Positions 33,055 through 42,469 of a stretch of 60,156 bases of DNA are shown piece by piece (position 1 is the stretch's first letter; every line of letters begins with the position of its first letter). The notes below the pieces were generated by a model. The model did not search any database, was not told the origin of the DNA, and worked only from the letters and a program-made list of their open reading frames with translations. The translations under genes were made by a program, and so were the position numbers. Source of the stretch: a virus; the IMG/VR virus record IMGVR_UViG_3300029805_000006, positions 1-60,156 of that record. The stretch is one strand, 5' to 3'.

Positions 33055-33352
33055 GTTTCAACCTCTTCAGGTAGTTTTTGGCCTTTCGGGCCTGATTTAT
33101 AATGGCCTCAAGAGCCGCAATGGATTGGTCTCGATCACTAGAATCGTCACCGTATAAGTCTAGGGAGGCCTCTGATTCGAGAGAGTCTCCAGGGAAGCGC
33201 ACCCAAAAGTTACCTCGGGGAAGGTAATCTAAGGCAATGTCAGCTTCTACCATCTGCCATCCACAGGCAGAAGACGATCCAGGAACATCGACTAGGAATT
33301 CACGGCTCCCGTGAACTACAATTTTGTTTTCTCCGAAATTATCATCAACCAT
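33032..33352 (-). CDS. hypothetical protein (106 aa)
   Basis: ORF track; overlaps both neighbours. Confidence 0.5.
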   Translation of the reverse strand: MVDDNFGENKIVVHGSREFLVDVPGSSSACGWQMVEADIALDYLPRGNFWVRFPGDSLESEASLDLYGDDSSDRDQSIAALEAIINQARKAKNYLKRLKLADEQSS

Positions 33353-34586
33353 TCCACTGTGCCTCGCGTATGTCTTTTTCTAGTTGTGTTGGCCGCCAAA
33401 CGCGACCGTTAAAGGAACACCCATCCTCGTAGATAACGACGGGTTGTGTGAAACTCCTGCCTGTGGCAGTGTCGATGGTGACCACAAGGAATCCCATGGT
33501 CCATGTCCAAGGGTCGTTGGAGTAGCCCTTGCCTACAATGAATCCAGCAGCCATCGGGGAGATGGTCCAGGACCTGCCTTTGTGTGTGAACAACTCATAG
33601 CGGTGGAGGTGCCCTGAGGTGCCGCTCATTTCCGCTCGCCTGAGTTCTAGATCAGCCGCGTTGCGTCCGGTGAACTTGCCGTGGGTCACTGTGTAGCATC
33701 CGTACAGAACTTCCTTGTGGTCGAGGATGAGCTGACGCTCTCCCCTCTTAGAAGTTGCCATGGAGTTGCTGCCCATGCACATCTCGATTCCCAGCCTGTC
33801 CGAGTCGAATAGGGTGGCCCAGTTCATCGTATCCAGACCTAGTATTTGAGGGCTGGTCTTCGCCATGGTTCGAATGGCAGTGTGTTCGTGGTTCCCGAGG
33901 TTGAATTTCTTCCAAGCGTGGGGAGCGGTGCCACATGAGGGAAGCCAAAAATCATTCCTTAGGAACTCAATGTCCTTACCAAAAGATAGCACGTTCTCAG
34001 AAGGGAACGAAGGGTGTTGACTCATGGCCACGTTGTCGAGCCCGTCCCCGTTCAACATGATCCCGTCCGGCTGAATCATTTCCAGCACGTCGAGCCATAC
34101 TCGCAGGACCATAGGGTCCATCTTGTCTGAGTGGATGTCGCTGATGATGGCGACGGTCTTCAACTTGCCGTCAGGCTTCGTGTCCCATCCCCAGTCCTGC
34201 TTGACGTACTCATCCACATACTCTTGCACTGAGAGTTCGGAGGCCGCACGCGCCATCTGGAGACGTAGTGCCGATGTGCCTCGTTGGTCTCTCAGGCCTG
34301 CTGCACGCTGGAACTCTTCGTGCGTTCCGTAGACCAAGGAAACCAAGGTCTCGGAGTAGTGGCCTAGGTCTCGGTACCTCTGGCGACTGGCAGTAGTTCC
34401 AGCGTGCGGGTTTTGAGGATGGTGGAAGACTCGGATCAGGTCTCCCACCATCTTCTTCTCTATTCCTTGACGGAATTTCTTGACTCGTAGGTCTTCACGC
34501 TTGACAATGTTCTTCGCCCGTTGCTTAGAAGCCAGTGAGGACTCCTGCTGATACCGTTCGAATTCCTCTTGCTTTTCATTTGTCAT
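33345..34586 (-). CDS. calcineurin-like metallophosphoesterase with a basic N-terminal extension
   Basis: Motifs IISDIHSD, LNGDGLDN, LGNHEH, VTHGK and GTSGHLH occur in the canonical order. About 150 aa of Lys/Arg-rich sequence precedes them. Confidence 0.8.
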   Translation of the reverse strand: MTNEKQEEFERYQQESSLASKQRAKNIVKREDLRVKKFRQGIEKKMVGDLIRVFHHPQNPHAGTTASRQRYRDLGHYSETLVSLVYGTHEEFQRAAGLRDQRGTSALRLQMARAASELSVQEYVDEYVKQDWGWDTKPDGKLKTVAIISDIHSDKMDPMVLRVWLDVLEMIQPDGIMLNGDGLDNVAMSQHPSFPSENVLSFGKDIEFLRNDFWLPSCGTAPHAWKKFNLGNHEHTAIRTMAKTSPQILGLDTMNWATLFDSDRLGIEMCMGSNSMATSKRGERQLILDHKEVLYGCYTVTHGKFTGRNAADLELRRAEMSGTSGHLHRYELFTHKGRSWTISPMAAGFIVGKGYSNDPWTWTMGFLVVTIDTATGRSFTQPVVIYEDGCSFNGRVWRPTQLEKDIREAQWNG

Positions 34587-34592
34587 GGTGAG

Positions 34593-34621
34593 ACCTTACC
34601 TTTCTAGGCGGATCGTGTCAA
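34593..34621 (-). promoter_or_regulatory. candidate promoter TTGACA-N17-TAAGGT, 6 nt upstream of the ATG at 34586. The putative -10 could instead be an SD.
   Basis: On the minus strand: TTGACA (34621-34616), a 17-nt spacer and TAAGGT (34598-34593). It sits in the 37-nt gap after the RNR stop. Confidence 0.4.
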
Positions 34622-34623
34622 GT

Positions 34624-36375
34624 TTAGTTGCCGCAATCCTTCTGACCTGTCTCAGGATTGAGCGTGCATGAGCCACCTTCCTCGCTGGAGGCCTTCAGGA
34701 GTGCCATGCGCTTGCCTTCGATGCGGAAGGTTGTGACTCCCTTGAGCCCCATCTTCCAGGCCTTCATGTAGATCTCCTTGAAGGCATCCCACTCGATACC
34801 GCTGCCACAGTTGACCGTCTTGGACACGGCAGCGCAGACATATTTCTGCATGATGGCCTGGACCTTCAAGTGGCAGTCCACGGAAACTTCCGACGCGGGA
34901 GTGCAGGCATAGTCCCACTTGCGAAGGGCGTAGTCCTCAAGGACCAAGGTCATCGGACCTACCTCAGTCTGGATGTCCCGAGTGGTGGAGGAAGAGAACA
35001 TAGGCTCGCACCCGGCGCTGCAATTGTCTGCCTCTTGGGAGATCGTTCCCGTGGGAGCGATTGACAACGAGTGACTGTTGCGAATGCCATGTCGGCGCAC
35101 GCCAACCTGCACACTCCAAGGGAGGGATTGGAAGAACAAACCTGTGCAGTATTTGTCTTCGTCGTAGGCCGGGAACGGTCCGTGCTTTTTGGACAACTCG
35201 ATGCTCTCCATGTAGGCCACGAGCTGTTGCTTCTGCATGATCTTGTCAAGCATGTCGCAGAACACTTTGGAACCGTAGGCTCCTCCCGTGACTACTTCGA
35301 TAGCGTTGGCAACTCCGGTCAAGCCTTGGCCGATGCGGCGGGTGGCTTGGGACTCAATCTTCTGAGCTTCAAGAGGGTAGTCTGTCTCGTCGATGACTGC
35401 ATCCAGCGCACGTTGCGCGATCCGCACAGCCTCTTCGAATCCAGCCCAGTCGAAACGGAAACCAGCGTCGGTGTGGTACACAAACTTGGTCAAGTTGATA
35501 GAGCCTAGCACGCAACTCCCGTTAGGAGGAAGGGGCTGCTCGCCACAAGGGTTGGTAGCACTGATCGTCTCTCGATACCAAAGGTTGTTCAACTCGTTGA
35601 TACGATCCATGAACAGGATGCCCGGCTCGGACCAATCCCAAGTAGAGCGCATCACCTTGTCCCACAGGGCGCGAGCGTTGACTGTGCGGTAGACCCTTCC
35701 GTTGAACTTGAGGTCGAACTCTTTGTCTTGGGCCACGGCCAACATGAACTCGTCCGTCACTCCGATGGAGAGGTTGAACGTCTTCAAAGAAGTTTGGTCG
35801 TGCTTGCTGGTGATGTACTCTTCGATGTCAGGGTGCCAGATCATCAAGACTCCCATCTGTGCTCCCCGGCGGTGCCCTGCACTAGAGACAGTTTCGCACC
35901 CAGCATCGTAGAGATGAATGAAAGCGAGCGGACCACTGGCACTACTGTCCAGGGATACAATGCGGTCGTGGCGGGGACGCAAGGTACTGAAGTTGTACCC
36001 GTCGCCTCCTCCTCTGCGCATGGTCTCAATTGATTCGGTCAGACGATCCATGATGCCGCCTTCGCCTAGGATTTTATCCTCAATGGTTCCACTGACGAAG
36101 CAACTTACGGCGGTCACCTTGCGGGCCGAGCCGACTGCGCTTTGGATGCGGCCACCTAGCAGGATCTTCTGACCAAGCAGAGCATCCTTGAGGGCATGGA
36201 AGTCCTCGGAGTTGCTGGTGAGGGCACCGGCCTGCCGGTTGCTTGACTCACGCAGAGTGGTCTCTCCTCCCGAGAGGTACTTCATCGCCAGGATGTCCTG
36301 CGCGGCTTTGGTTTCAGGAAGATCAGGTTGTGTGGTTTCGGAAGTCATTGAGAGTTTGGGTTCGGAGGGGTTCAT
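34624..36375 (-). CDS. nrdJ: ribonucleotide reductase, class II (adenosylcobalamin-dependent) type
   Basis: Catalytic loop NPCGEQPLPPNGSCVLGSINL. C-terminal Cys pair CTLNPETGQKDC. About 583 aa, with no beta-subunit gene nearby. Start set at the ATG at 36375 (ATGA overlap with the upstream stop). Confidence 0.8.
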   Translation of the reverse strand: MNPSEPKLSMTSETTQPDLPETKAAQDILAMKYLSGGETTLRESSNRQAGALTSNSEDFHALKDALLGQKILLGGRIQSAVGSARKVTAVSCFVSGTIEDKILGEGGIMDRLTESIETMRRGGGDGYNFSTLRPRHDRIVSLDSSASGPLAFIHLYDAGCETVSSAGHRRGAQMGVLMIWHPDIEEYITSKHDQTSLKTFNLSIGVTDEFMLAVAQDKEFDLKFNGRVYRTVNARALWDKVMRSTWDWSEPGILFMDRINELNNLWYRETISATNPCGEQPLPPNGSCVLGSINLTKFVYHTDAGFRFDWAGFEEAVRIAQRALDAVIDETDYPLEAQKIESQATRRIGQGLTGVANAIEVVTGGAYGSKVFCDMLDKIMQKQQLVAYMESIELSKKHGPFPAYDEDKYCTGLFFQSLPWSVQVGVRRHGIRNSHSLSIAPTGTISQEADNCSAGCEPMFSSSTTRDIQTEVGPMTLVLEDYALRKWDYACTPASEVSVDCHLKVQAIMQKYVCAAVSKTVNCGSGIEWDAFKEIYMKAWKMGLKGVTTFRIEGKRMALLKASSEEGGSCTLNPETGQKDCGN

Positions 36376-36908
36376 GAGAGTTCTGCTCCCCACATTGCGA
36401 GGAGGATTGCATCGCCTGCTTCTTTCCAGTCGATGCCTTTGATGTGAGAGAAGCGAGAGGGAGGGTTCTTAGGGATGGCGTACCCGCTGCGAGGTTCGTA
36501 GCCCCATCCCAAACGGTGGTACAGACGGGCCTGCATTTTACCCTTTTCGACCTGCTTCTTCCACACCTTAGGCTCAGGAATTATGAGCCTGCTGGAGGGG
36601 GCTATGAAGTGGGCCGCGCACGCCCCGGCGACCTGACCCACATGGATCAAGTCGTTAGGGTCAACCTTTTTGATGTCTATCTGCCCACGGTAGTCGTAGG
36701 CTGTCTGTCCTTCCACTACAACGGTGTCGGGCAGGTAGGGAGTGGAGAGAGCTTGGATGATCTGGATCATCGTGGTGACCTTCTCAGGACCTCTGATGCC
36801 TCTCGGCACCTTCGGCACAAAGACCTCGGCAATCTCGTCTCCGAGCATGATGGCGATGCCACACTCTCCCACGCCGGGGTCGATGCCTACTGTGATTTTA
36901 GTAGACAT
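36372..36908 (-). CDS. RuvC-like Holliday junction resolvase
   Basis: Start set at MSTKITVGIDPGVGECG (ATG at 36908). GIDPG and VVVEGQ acidic motifs are spaced as in RuvC. Confidence 0.55.
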   Translation of the reverse strand: MSTKITVGIDPGVGECGIAIMLGDEIAEVFVPKVPRGIRGPEKVTTMIQIIQALSTPYLPDTVVVEGQTAYDYRGQIDIKKVDPNDLIHVGQVAGACAAHFIAPSSRLIIPEPKVWKKQVEKGKMQARLYHRLGWGYEPRSGYAIPKNPPSRFSHIKGIDWKEAGDAILLAMWGAELS

Positions 36909-37335
36909 CTTCGTACCTACTGCCAGGCTTGTTGAACACAAACTTCTTGAGAGGAGATCCCAAAGGACTCCATCGACCTCCGTGCTCATTCAGTAAGGAC
37001 CCATGCCCTGTCTTCAGGAACCCGTCCAGGTTCTCGTGGATCTTGACCCACAAGGGATCATTCTCTGAGTAGTGACGTGTTGACACTTCACACTTGGGAC
37101 ATTTGATATGGTAGGGAGGCTTTGCTTCGGTTGTCCAGTAGTCTCCGCTGGAACACCCTGAAGGTTCGACGTAGTAGTCTTCGATGCCTAGAGTGAGCCT
37201 GCCTAGAATGGTTTGCTTCTGACAAACCTTGCAGGTCCACCACTTGCGAGACTTCAGTACGACCTTCAAGTCTTTCAACGAGACGATCTCACATTGCAGG
37301 CTCTTGATCTTAGAGTCTATTTGCTTTTCGTTCAT
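36898..37335 (-). CDS. zinc-ribbon protein (145 aa)
   Basis: CKVCQK ... CPKCE pairs; ORF track. Confidence 0.55.
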   Translation of the reverse strand: MNEKQIDSKIKSLQCEIVSLKDLKVVLKSRKWWTCKVCQKQTILGRLTLGIEDYYVEPSGCSSGDYWTTEAKPPYHIKCPKCEVSTRHYSENDPLWVKIHENLDGFLKTGHGSLLNEHGGRWSPLGSPLKKFVFNKPGSRYEDVY

Positions 37336-37925
37336 AACGTGTCGATGATCTGCTGGACCAAGTACTGGGAAACTTCGCGGAGGTCTTGGAGGGTTCCGTC
37401 ATTACGAAGGGTGATGCTGGAGGGTCCGTCCACTTCCTTGCGAGAGTCGTGAGAGTAGTCCTTGCCTTCCCGTTCGATCTTGAACAGGTGGACCTTGTGG
37501 AATTTGTCGAAGTAATCGTACTCAGCCTGGAACCCTAAGTCCGTGACTACCAAGACACGAGGCTTGCGAATCAAGTCTATGTCGGTAGTACGAGCCCACA
37601 GGTCTTGGCCCAAGGCTTTCTTCTGAGCTTCACTGAATTCGATCACCAGTTCGCGGGGCGTCTTGCCTCGCCTCCAAGGCAAGTCCTTGAGTTCTCTGGA
37701 GAACATGAGTTCGGCAGAGACTCCGTGGCGGTAGGCCACCATCTCTTTCGGCTTGTCCGCCAGTGCCCTGCGCTTGAAGTCAACCTGGGCTGCTCGAAGC
37801 TGGGCGCACATGTAGTCGGCCACCGTGTCCTTGCCTGCCTCAGGAGGAGCGTTGAGCATGATGACTCGCATGGGAGGGTCCGAGACGAACTCGCCCTGCA
37901 CTTGGAGTTCGTAGTTATTTTCCAC
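37332..37925 (-). CDS. P-loop kinase, dNMP kinase-like
   Basis: N-terminal LNAPPEAGKDTVADY P-loop (G-x-x-G-K-D variant typical of phage dNMP kinases). 197 aa. Confidence 0.45.
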   Translation of the reverse strand: MENNYELQVQGEFVSDPPMRVIMLNAPPEAGKDTVADYMCAQLRAAQVDFKRRALADKPKEMVAYRHGVSAELMFSRELKDLPWRRGKTPRELVIEFSEAQKKALGQDLWARTTDIDLIRKPRVLVVTDLGFQAEYDYFDKFHKVHLFKIEREGKDYSHDSRKEVDGPSSITLRNDGTLQDLREVSQYLVQQIIDTL

Positions 37926-38280
37926 TAAGAACCCTTCTCACATAGACGGACAATCCTACTGCCACAAGCGCACCTAAGGTACACACGATCATCAAGGGAG
38001 CCATGACGGCCCACCAACTCCAGGTGATGACACCTGCGAGCTTGAGTCCGATGAAGAGGATTTGCAGGAGCTGCCAAGCTTGGATAGAAGCCTCGCCTCG
38101 GTTCTTCTTGCGGGATGCTCGGGCGACCTTGGAGGCCTTGCGCCGTGCGGCCTTGGCCTTGGCGTGCTGGGCCTTGCGATTGGCGAGACCATTCTCACTG
38201 TCCTCGATCTTCCTTCCGATCTTGAAGATCTTCAGGAGGTTGCGCATGCTGCGAGGGAGTTTTTTCTTGGGAGCTTTCAT
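37915..38280 (-). CDS. membrane protein with a basic N-terminus (121 aa)
   Basis: Lys/Arg-rich first 60 aa, then two hydrophobic helices. Confidence 0.5.
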   Translation of the reverse strand: MKAPKKKLPRSMRNLLKIFKIGRKIEDSENGLANRKAQHAKAKAARRKASKVARASRKKNRGEASIQAWQLLQILFIGLKLAGVITWSWWAVMAPLMIVCTLGALVAVGLSVYVRRVLSGK

Positions 38281-38762
38281 TATGCTTCAGTAGAGGGAGA
38301 GGGGTTGATCATCTTGGTGATGATGCGGTCGTGGAGTTTGAGTTGTTGACGAGGAGAAATTTGATTGTTCTTCTCGGAATAGTGATCGTCTAAAGCTCGG
38401 CGCTCTAGCTCGTCCATCATCCGTTCTCTAATGAGGTCAGGGTCAGTCCCTCCGAAGTTTCCCTCCAAGCAATTCTCGATGTGATTGTCTGACATCATGC
38501 GAAGGGGAATTTCGTGGCCTTCCAAGGTTTTCCAAATCACTCCTCCTGTGATTGCGGGGATGATGTTCCTGTAGAGGTTGACGATGCTCCTGTGGTTCTG
38601 GGCTGCGTACCTCTCCTCAGACCTAACCTCCTGCCGGAGGTCGTAGAACATTTCCCGCATATCCTCGGAGTCGCGCTCCGCTTGGGAGGTAGCTCCCTTC
38701 ATGAAGAGGATGACGAGGATTTGGGCGAGGGCTATGAGGCCTAAGATGATGTAGATGGTCAT
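38280..38762 (-). CDS. membrane-anchored protein (160 aa)
   Basis: Start moved to the ATG at 38762 (MTIYIILGLIALAQILVILF), which forms an ATGA overlap with the polymerase stop. Confidence 0.55.
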   Translation of the reverse strand: MTIYIILGLIALAQILVILFMKGATSQAERDSEDMREMFYDLRQEVRSEERYAAQNHRSIVNLYRNIIPAITGGVIWKTLEGHEIPLRMMSDNHIENCLEGNFGGTDPDLIRERMMDELERRALDDHYSEKNNQISPRQQLKLHDRIITKMINPSPSTEA

Positions 38763-41077
38763 TGGTTGGTTTTGGTAGAGGGTTTCGGGTGCCACACAAT
38801 CAGCTTACCTGACTCGTCGAACGTGGGCTTGGCTTTCTTTGTCCAAACCGACATGAGACACGCTTCGGAGGTGACGAAGACATCTTTTAGAATCATGCGG
38901 GCTGCTTTGACCATCAGTTCGGAGATCCGTTCTGCCTGGGCTGCCCACTTTGATTGATCCGTGGTGGTCTCTGCGAGGAGTTCATCGTGGATCGTGTTGA
39001 CCAGCCTACAGCCGAAGAGAACACTGTCAAGACTCTCGTCTAGCATTTCTCTCCAAATCAAACGCTGGGCCAGTTTGATACACTCTGCACCCGGCGTCTG
39101 CATGCCACGGGCGTTGGCGACCTGGGTATATCCACGCGCTCGGACCAACATGCCCATGTGACTGCGGAACCAATACAGGTTGCGGCCCTTCTGATCCACG
39201 TTGAACGGATCGACGTTCCTTTGGATCTTCTTGAAGTAAGGAGTCATCTCCCGGAAGGTGACGCGGTGCAGTTTCTGGGTGGCTTTGGCTTGATCTTGGG
39301 TGATGACGATTCCATAGCCTGCGGCGATGTCTACCATGGTGGCAGGTCCGACTCCTCCAGGTGATCCCAAGGTGAAAGGCTTGGCTGACTTGCGACGGAA
39401 CTTATAGAACTCCTGCCCAACTTCTCCGCACTCTTGAAGGGACTTGAACAGGGCGTACTGTTCCTCTGTGGACATGCCTTTGGCAGCCTCTTGGAACTGC
39501 AAGACGTGCTCGTCTTCCGACCCGTCTTCCATGAGTTGGTCAACCGCGAAGACTGCGTGCAGGTCGTGGCCTTTGTTGTAGCGATCCATGTGGTCGCTGT
39601 AGCCCAGCATCTCGAAGCAGACCTGCCCGAAGCACGCCAACTCCATCGAGTCGTAGTCGCTTGCGATCAGTGCTTTGCCTTTGCCTGGAACGTAGGTACG
39701 TCGAGGGTCGCACGCTCCGATCAGATCGGGGACCTGCTGGCCACTGGCCGAGGCGAAGACTCGCTTCTTGTTGATCATGCCTCGGTCTTTGGACGAGGTG
39801 CGCCCCGTCTCCTTCAAGACATCGTACCCGAAGTACATGCGCCCTCCTTCCACGGCCAACAGCATCGCAGGGATCTGGTTGGTAGCGATCTTGTTGAGGA
39901 TCTCATACTCATCGAGAGCTGAGATGACCTCACAGTTCTTCTTGATCTTGCCTCGAACCTCAGCGGTCACGGAAGGGGCACCCTTGTCGGTGGTCGGCAT
40001 CAACTTGTCGGGGAAGGTCTTCTTCCAAGCATCGACCGCGAGCTTCACGATCACCTTGGTAGACTTGGAGGCCTTCTTGGCATTGACCATCTTCACTTCC
40101 TTGTCTTTGGTCCGAGTGAAGGTAGGGACGAAATCCACTTCGTACACGACCTCATCTGATTCGAACTGAAGAGACACAGGTTCCCCTTCTTCAGGGAACA
40201 TGGGAAGTCCTGCCGGTAGCTCGGAGTTTTTGACCTTGACCATCTTGCCTTTATCGTTCAACGTCTTCCAAGAGATCTGAGGCCGCTCAGGTGTCGAGGG
40301 GTTCAAGGCACCACTGGCCACCAGGGCTTTGTACGCGGCGCTGTCAGGCCCTCGGAGACGATCCACCTCTTCTGACATGAACTTCACGTTGGCTTCGTCT
40401 ACGGCCATCCCAGTGCGTGTGATGAGGGAGAGGTGGAAGGCGGATTCCGTCTGGAACTCGCTGGAGTCACAGCAGTACCTTTCATCCGAGGCGCACCTGA
40501 TCTGCTGCTGCTCCCAGACCTTCAGGCATTCCTCGGCATCCTCCAAGGCATAGTCGTAGGCTTCCTGAGGATAGTCCTCTGCCTTCATGCCGTCCAGCTC
40601 CCCGTAGCGGAGACGCCAGATGTCCTCGCCTTGCTTCTGATCGGAGCGGTCGGTTCCTAGGTACTTGCCCTCCAAGTGAGCCAGTGAGTAGCGGAACACT
40701 ACCTTGGATCCGTCAGGAGCGTAGTAGTTCTTGATGGCCCCGTAGGCCGAGAGCATCATGAGCTTCTGCCTGATCATCGTGTCATCCAGACGGCCAGCCT
40801 CTCCAGCCTTGAGCATGGGCACCATCAGGTTCGGGTACTTCTTGACGATGACACCACAGTCGAACATGCCTAGGTTGTGGCCCAGCAGTAGGTACTGAGG
40901 ATCCTCAATCACTTCGAGGAGCGCGGCCTCTAGGTCATCCCCGTTGCCGTACAGAGCGGACTGGATCTTACCCTCCACGCGCACCGCGAAGGAGGCACAG
41001 ATGAGGTCGGGGACGGGCGTACCGTTGGCACCGATGAGGGTGGTCTCGGTGTCGATGCAGAGGGGGATGAGCTTCAT
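38759..41077 (-). CDS. polA: family A DNA polymerase with a 3'-5' exonuclease domain
   Basis: Exo I CIDTETT, Exo II LLGHNLGMFD, Exo III YDYALEDAE. Pol motif A IASDYDSMELA, motif B RRKSAKPFTLGSPGG, motif C VNTIHDELL. Confidence 0.9.
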   Translation of the reverse strand: MKLIPLCIDTETTLIGANGTPVPDLICASFAVRVEGKIQSALYGNGDDLEAALLEVIEDPQYLLLGHNLGMFDCGVIVKKYPNLMVPMLKAGEAGRLDDTMIRQKLMMLSAYGAIKNYYAPDGSKVVFRYSLAHLEGKYLGTDRSDQKQGEDIWRLRYGELDGMKAEDYPQEAYDYALEDAEECLKVWEQQQIRCASDERYCCDSSEFQTESAFHLSLITRTGMAVDEANVKFMSEEVDRLRGPDSAAYKALVASGALNPSTPERPQISWKTLNDKGKMVKVKNSELPAGLPMFPEEGEPVSLQFESDEVVYEVDFVPTFTRTKDKEVKMVNAKKASKSTKVIVKLAVDAWKKTFPDKLMPTTDKGAPSVTAEVRGKIKKNCEVISALDEYEILNKIATNQIPAMLLAVEGGRMYFGYDVLKETGRTSSKDRGMINKKRVFASASGQQVPDLIGACDPRRTYVPGKGKALIASDYDSMELACFGQVCFEMLGYSDHMDRYNKGHDLHAVFAVDQLMEDGSEDEHVLQFQEAAKGMSTEEQYALFKSLQECGEVGQEFYKFRRKSAKPFTLGSPGGVGPATMVDIAAGYGIVITQDQAKATQKLHRVTFREMTPYFKKIQRNVDPFNVDQKGRNLYWFRSHMGMLVRARGYTQVANARGMQTPGAECIKLAQRLIWREMLDESLDSVLFGCRLVNTIHDELLAETTTDQSKWAAQAERISELMVKAARMILKDVFVTSEACLMSVWTKKAKPTFDESGKLIVWHPKPSTKTNQ

Positions 41078-41082
41078 GTCTA

Positions 41083-41469
41083 TTAGAACGCTTTCCCTTG
41101 TTGCTTCGCCGTCTCTCGGCTCATGTTATACCGGGCCTTCGCCTCAACGGCTGCCTGGATGTCGATGCCTCGGGCTGCTGCTGCATCAATGGTTTGGAGG
41201 ATGATGTCTGCGTACTCCTCTTCCTCGCAGGTCAGGCCGGTGCCTGCCTTGCCGCACGGGTCGTGCATCTTTCCCTTTCGGTAGACCTCGACCAACTCAC
41301 TGACCTCTCCGTGGATGCGAGCCATCTTGACTGACATCATTCGTGGAGTATCATCGCCGGGTTTCCAGTAGCCTGCATCAACCATCTGATTGTGTTGAAA
41401 CTTGGCGAATTCGGTGAGACCTCGAAGGTCGATTGCTCTTGACTGATTCATGATTATTCTTCTGGCCAC
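41083..41469 (-). CDS. mazG: MazG-like nucleoside triphosphate pyrophosphohydrolase
   Basis: 128 aa. IHGEVSELVEVYRKG and EEEYADIILQTIDAAAARGIDI match the all-alpha NTP-PPase EExxE/D pattern. Confidence 0.6.
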   Translation of the reverse strand: MARRIIMNQSRAIDLRGLTEFAKFQHNQMVDAGYWKPGDDTPRMMSVKMARIHGEVSELVEVYRKGKMHDPCGKAGTGLTCEEEEYADIILQTIDAAAARGIDIQAAVEAKARYNMSRETAKQQGKAF

Positions 41470-41666
41470 TCTTCTAGGAGGTCGGGGTTAGATTCGGACT
41501 CCTCAAAGTCCTTGAGCATTTGTTCTTCGATGTCGCTCCAGTCATCGTCTAGAGGATCTTCCTCCTCCTCTAACTCTCTGAATGTGTGGCACGCATAGCA
41601 CATGCCAGATTCAAAAACTAGGTCTCGTGCTGTGAGAGGTTGACCGCATTCGCATGTAGGTTCCAT
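41454..41666 (-). CDS. zinc-ribbon protein with an acidic tail (70 aa)
   Basis: CECGQ...CYACH, followed by a D/E-rich C-terminus. Confidence 0.5.
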   Translation of the reverse strand: MEPTCECGQPLTARDLVFESGMCYACHTFRELEEEEDPLDDDWSDIEEQMLKDFEESESNPDLLEEWPEE

Positions 41667-41740
41667 TAGATGTCACCTTCACAGCATACGCATTGGTCAA
41701 CAGGATACCAGCAATACTCGCAGTCTTCTGTAGGTTCCAT
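41666..41740 (-). CDS. tiny Cys-rich ORF (24 aa)
   Basis: Hand translation gives MEPTEDCEYCWYPVDQCVCCEGDI. It shares the MEPT start with the next gene and has a TAATG overlap. Very short, so weak. Confidence 0.2.
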   Translation of the reverse strand: MEPTEDCEYCWYPVDQCVCCEGDI

Positions 41741-41741
41741 G

Positions 41742-42125
41742 TTAACTTAGGAGTACGACGGTGGAGCCCCAGGCAGCGGCGATTTCAAGCATCTTGGACA
41801 TTTCTTTACTCAAGCTGCGGTGGTCCATGACATGGATGACGGCGGGGTAATCCCTGCCTTCAATATCTGAGGCGTATCGGATAGGCACACTGTACTTCAG
41901 TGAAGGATCATCCATGACTGCCATGCTGCACTGCCGCAAGGTAGGAGACACGATCCAGTTTGGAGTGTTGTGCCGGTGGGCATGGGTTCGAACGTGCTTG
42001 ACTCTTTTCTGGTGAGCAGTCATGTCTGAGGCGACGGACTTGACCTTCCAGATCATTCCTGCAATCAGGAGGGCAGAGCCTATAAAGGCGGCGCTTGTTG
42101 CGAAGGCTTCGGGTGATATGGTCAT
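41742..42125 (-). CDS. membrane protein (127 aa)
   Basis: N-terminal hydrophobic helix AFIGSALLIAGMIW; ORF track. Confidence 0.55.
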   Translation of the reverse strand: MTISPEAFATSAAFIGSALLIAGMIWKVKSVASDMTAHQKRVKHVRTHAHRHNTPNWIVSPTLRQCSMAVMDDPSLKYSVPIRYASDIEGRDYPAVIHVMDHRSLSKEMSKMLEIAAAWGSTVVLLS

Positions 42126-42469
42126 TAGGAATCCTTGATGTTTGAGTTGGTTATGCCTAAGGCGGTGGTGACTCGGCAGGATCTCATGTTGATGGTCCTG
42201 CTCAAGATGTGTTGGATTTCGAGGGCTAGGTTCCGAGGCGATACGCCCAGGCCTACTGCCGCTTTCTTGATCATTGCAATGACCTCTTGTTCTTCGAATT
42301 TCTTCTGTGCTAGTTTATTGATCTGATTGCAGATCTGAATCCTATAGCAGGTGTTCGTCCATTGCTCTTCGGGCGTGCGGGAAGGGGCTTCAGTGTCGAT
42401 CCATTGAAGAGCCTCGTGCAGCTCGGAGAGAGTCATGTCAGACAGATTGTCTCTATCGAAGTGGCTCAT
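42125..42469 (-). CDS. hypothetical protein (114 aa)
   Basis: ORF track; coupled on both sides. Confidence 0.55.
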   Translation of the reverse strand: MSHFDRDNLSDMTLSELHEALQWIDTEAPSRTPEEQWTNTCYRIQICNQINKLAQKKFEEQEVIAMIKKAAVGLGVSPRNLALEIQHILSRTINMRSCRVTTALGITNSNIKDS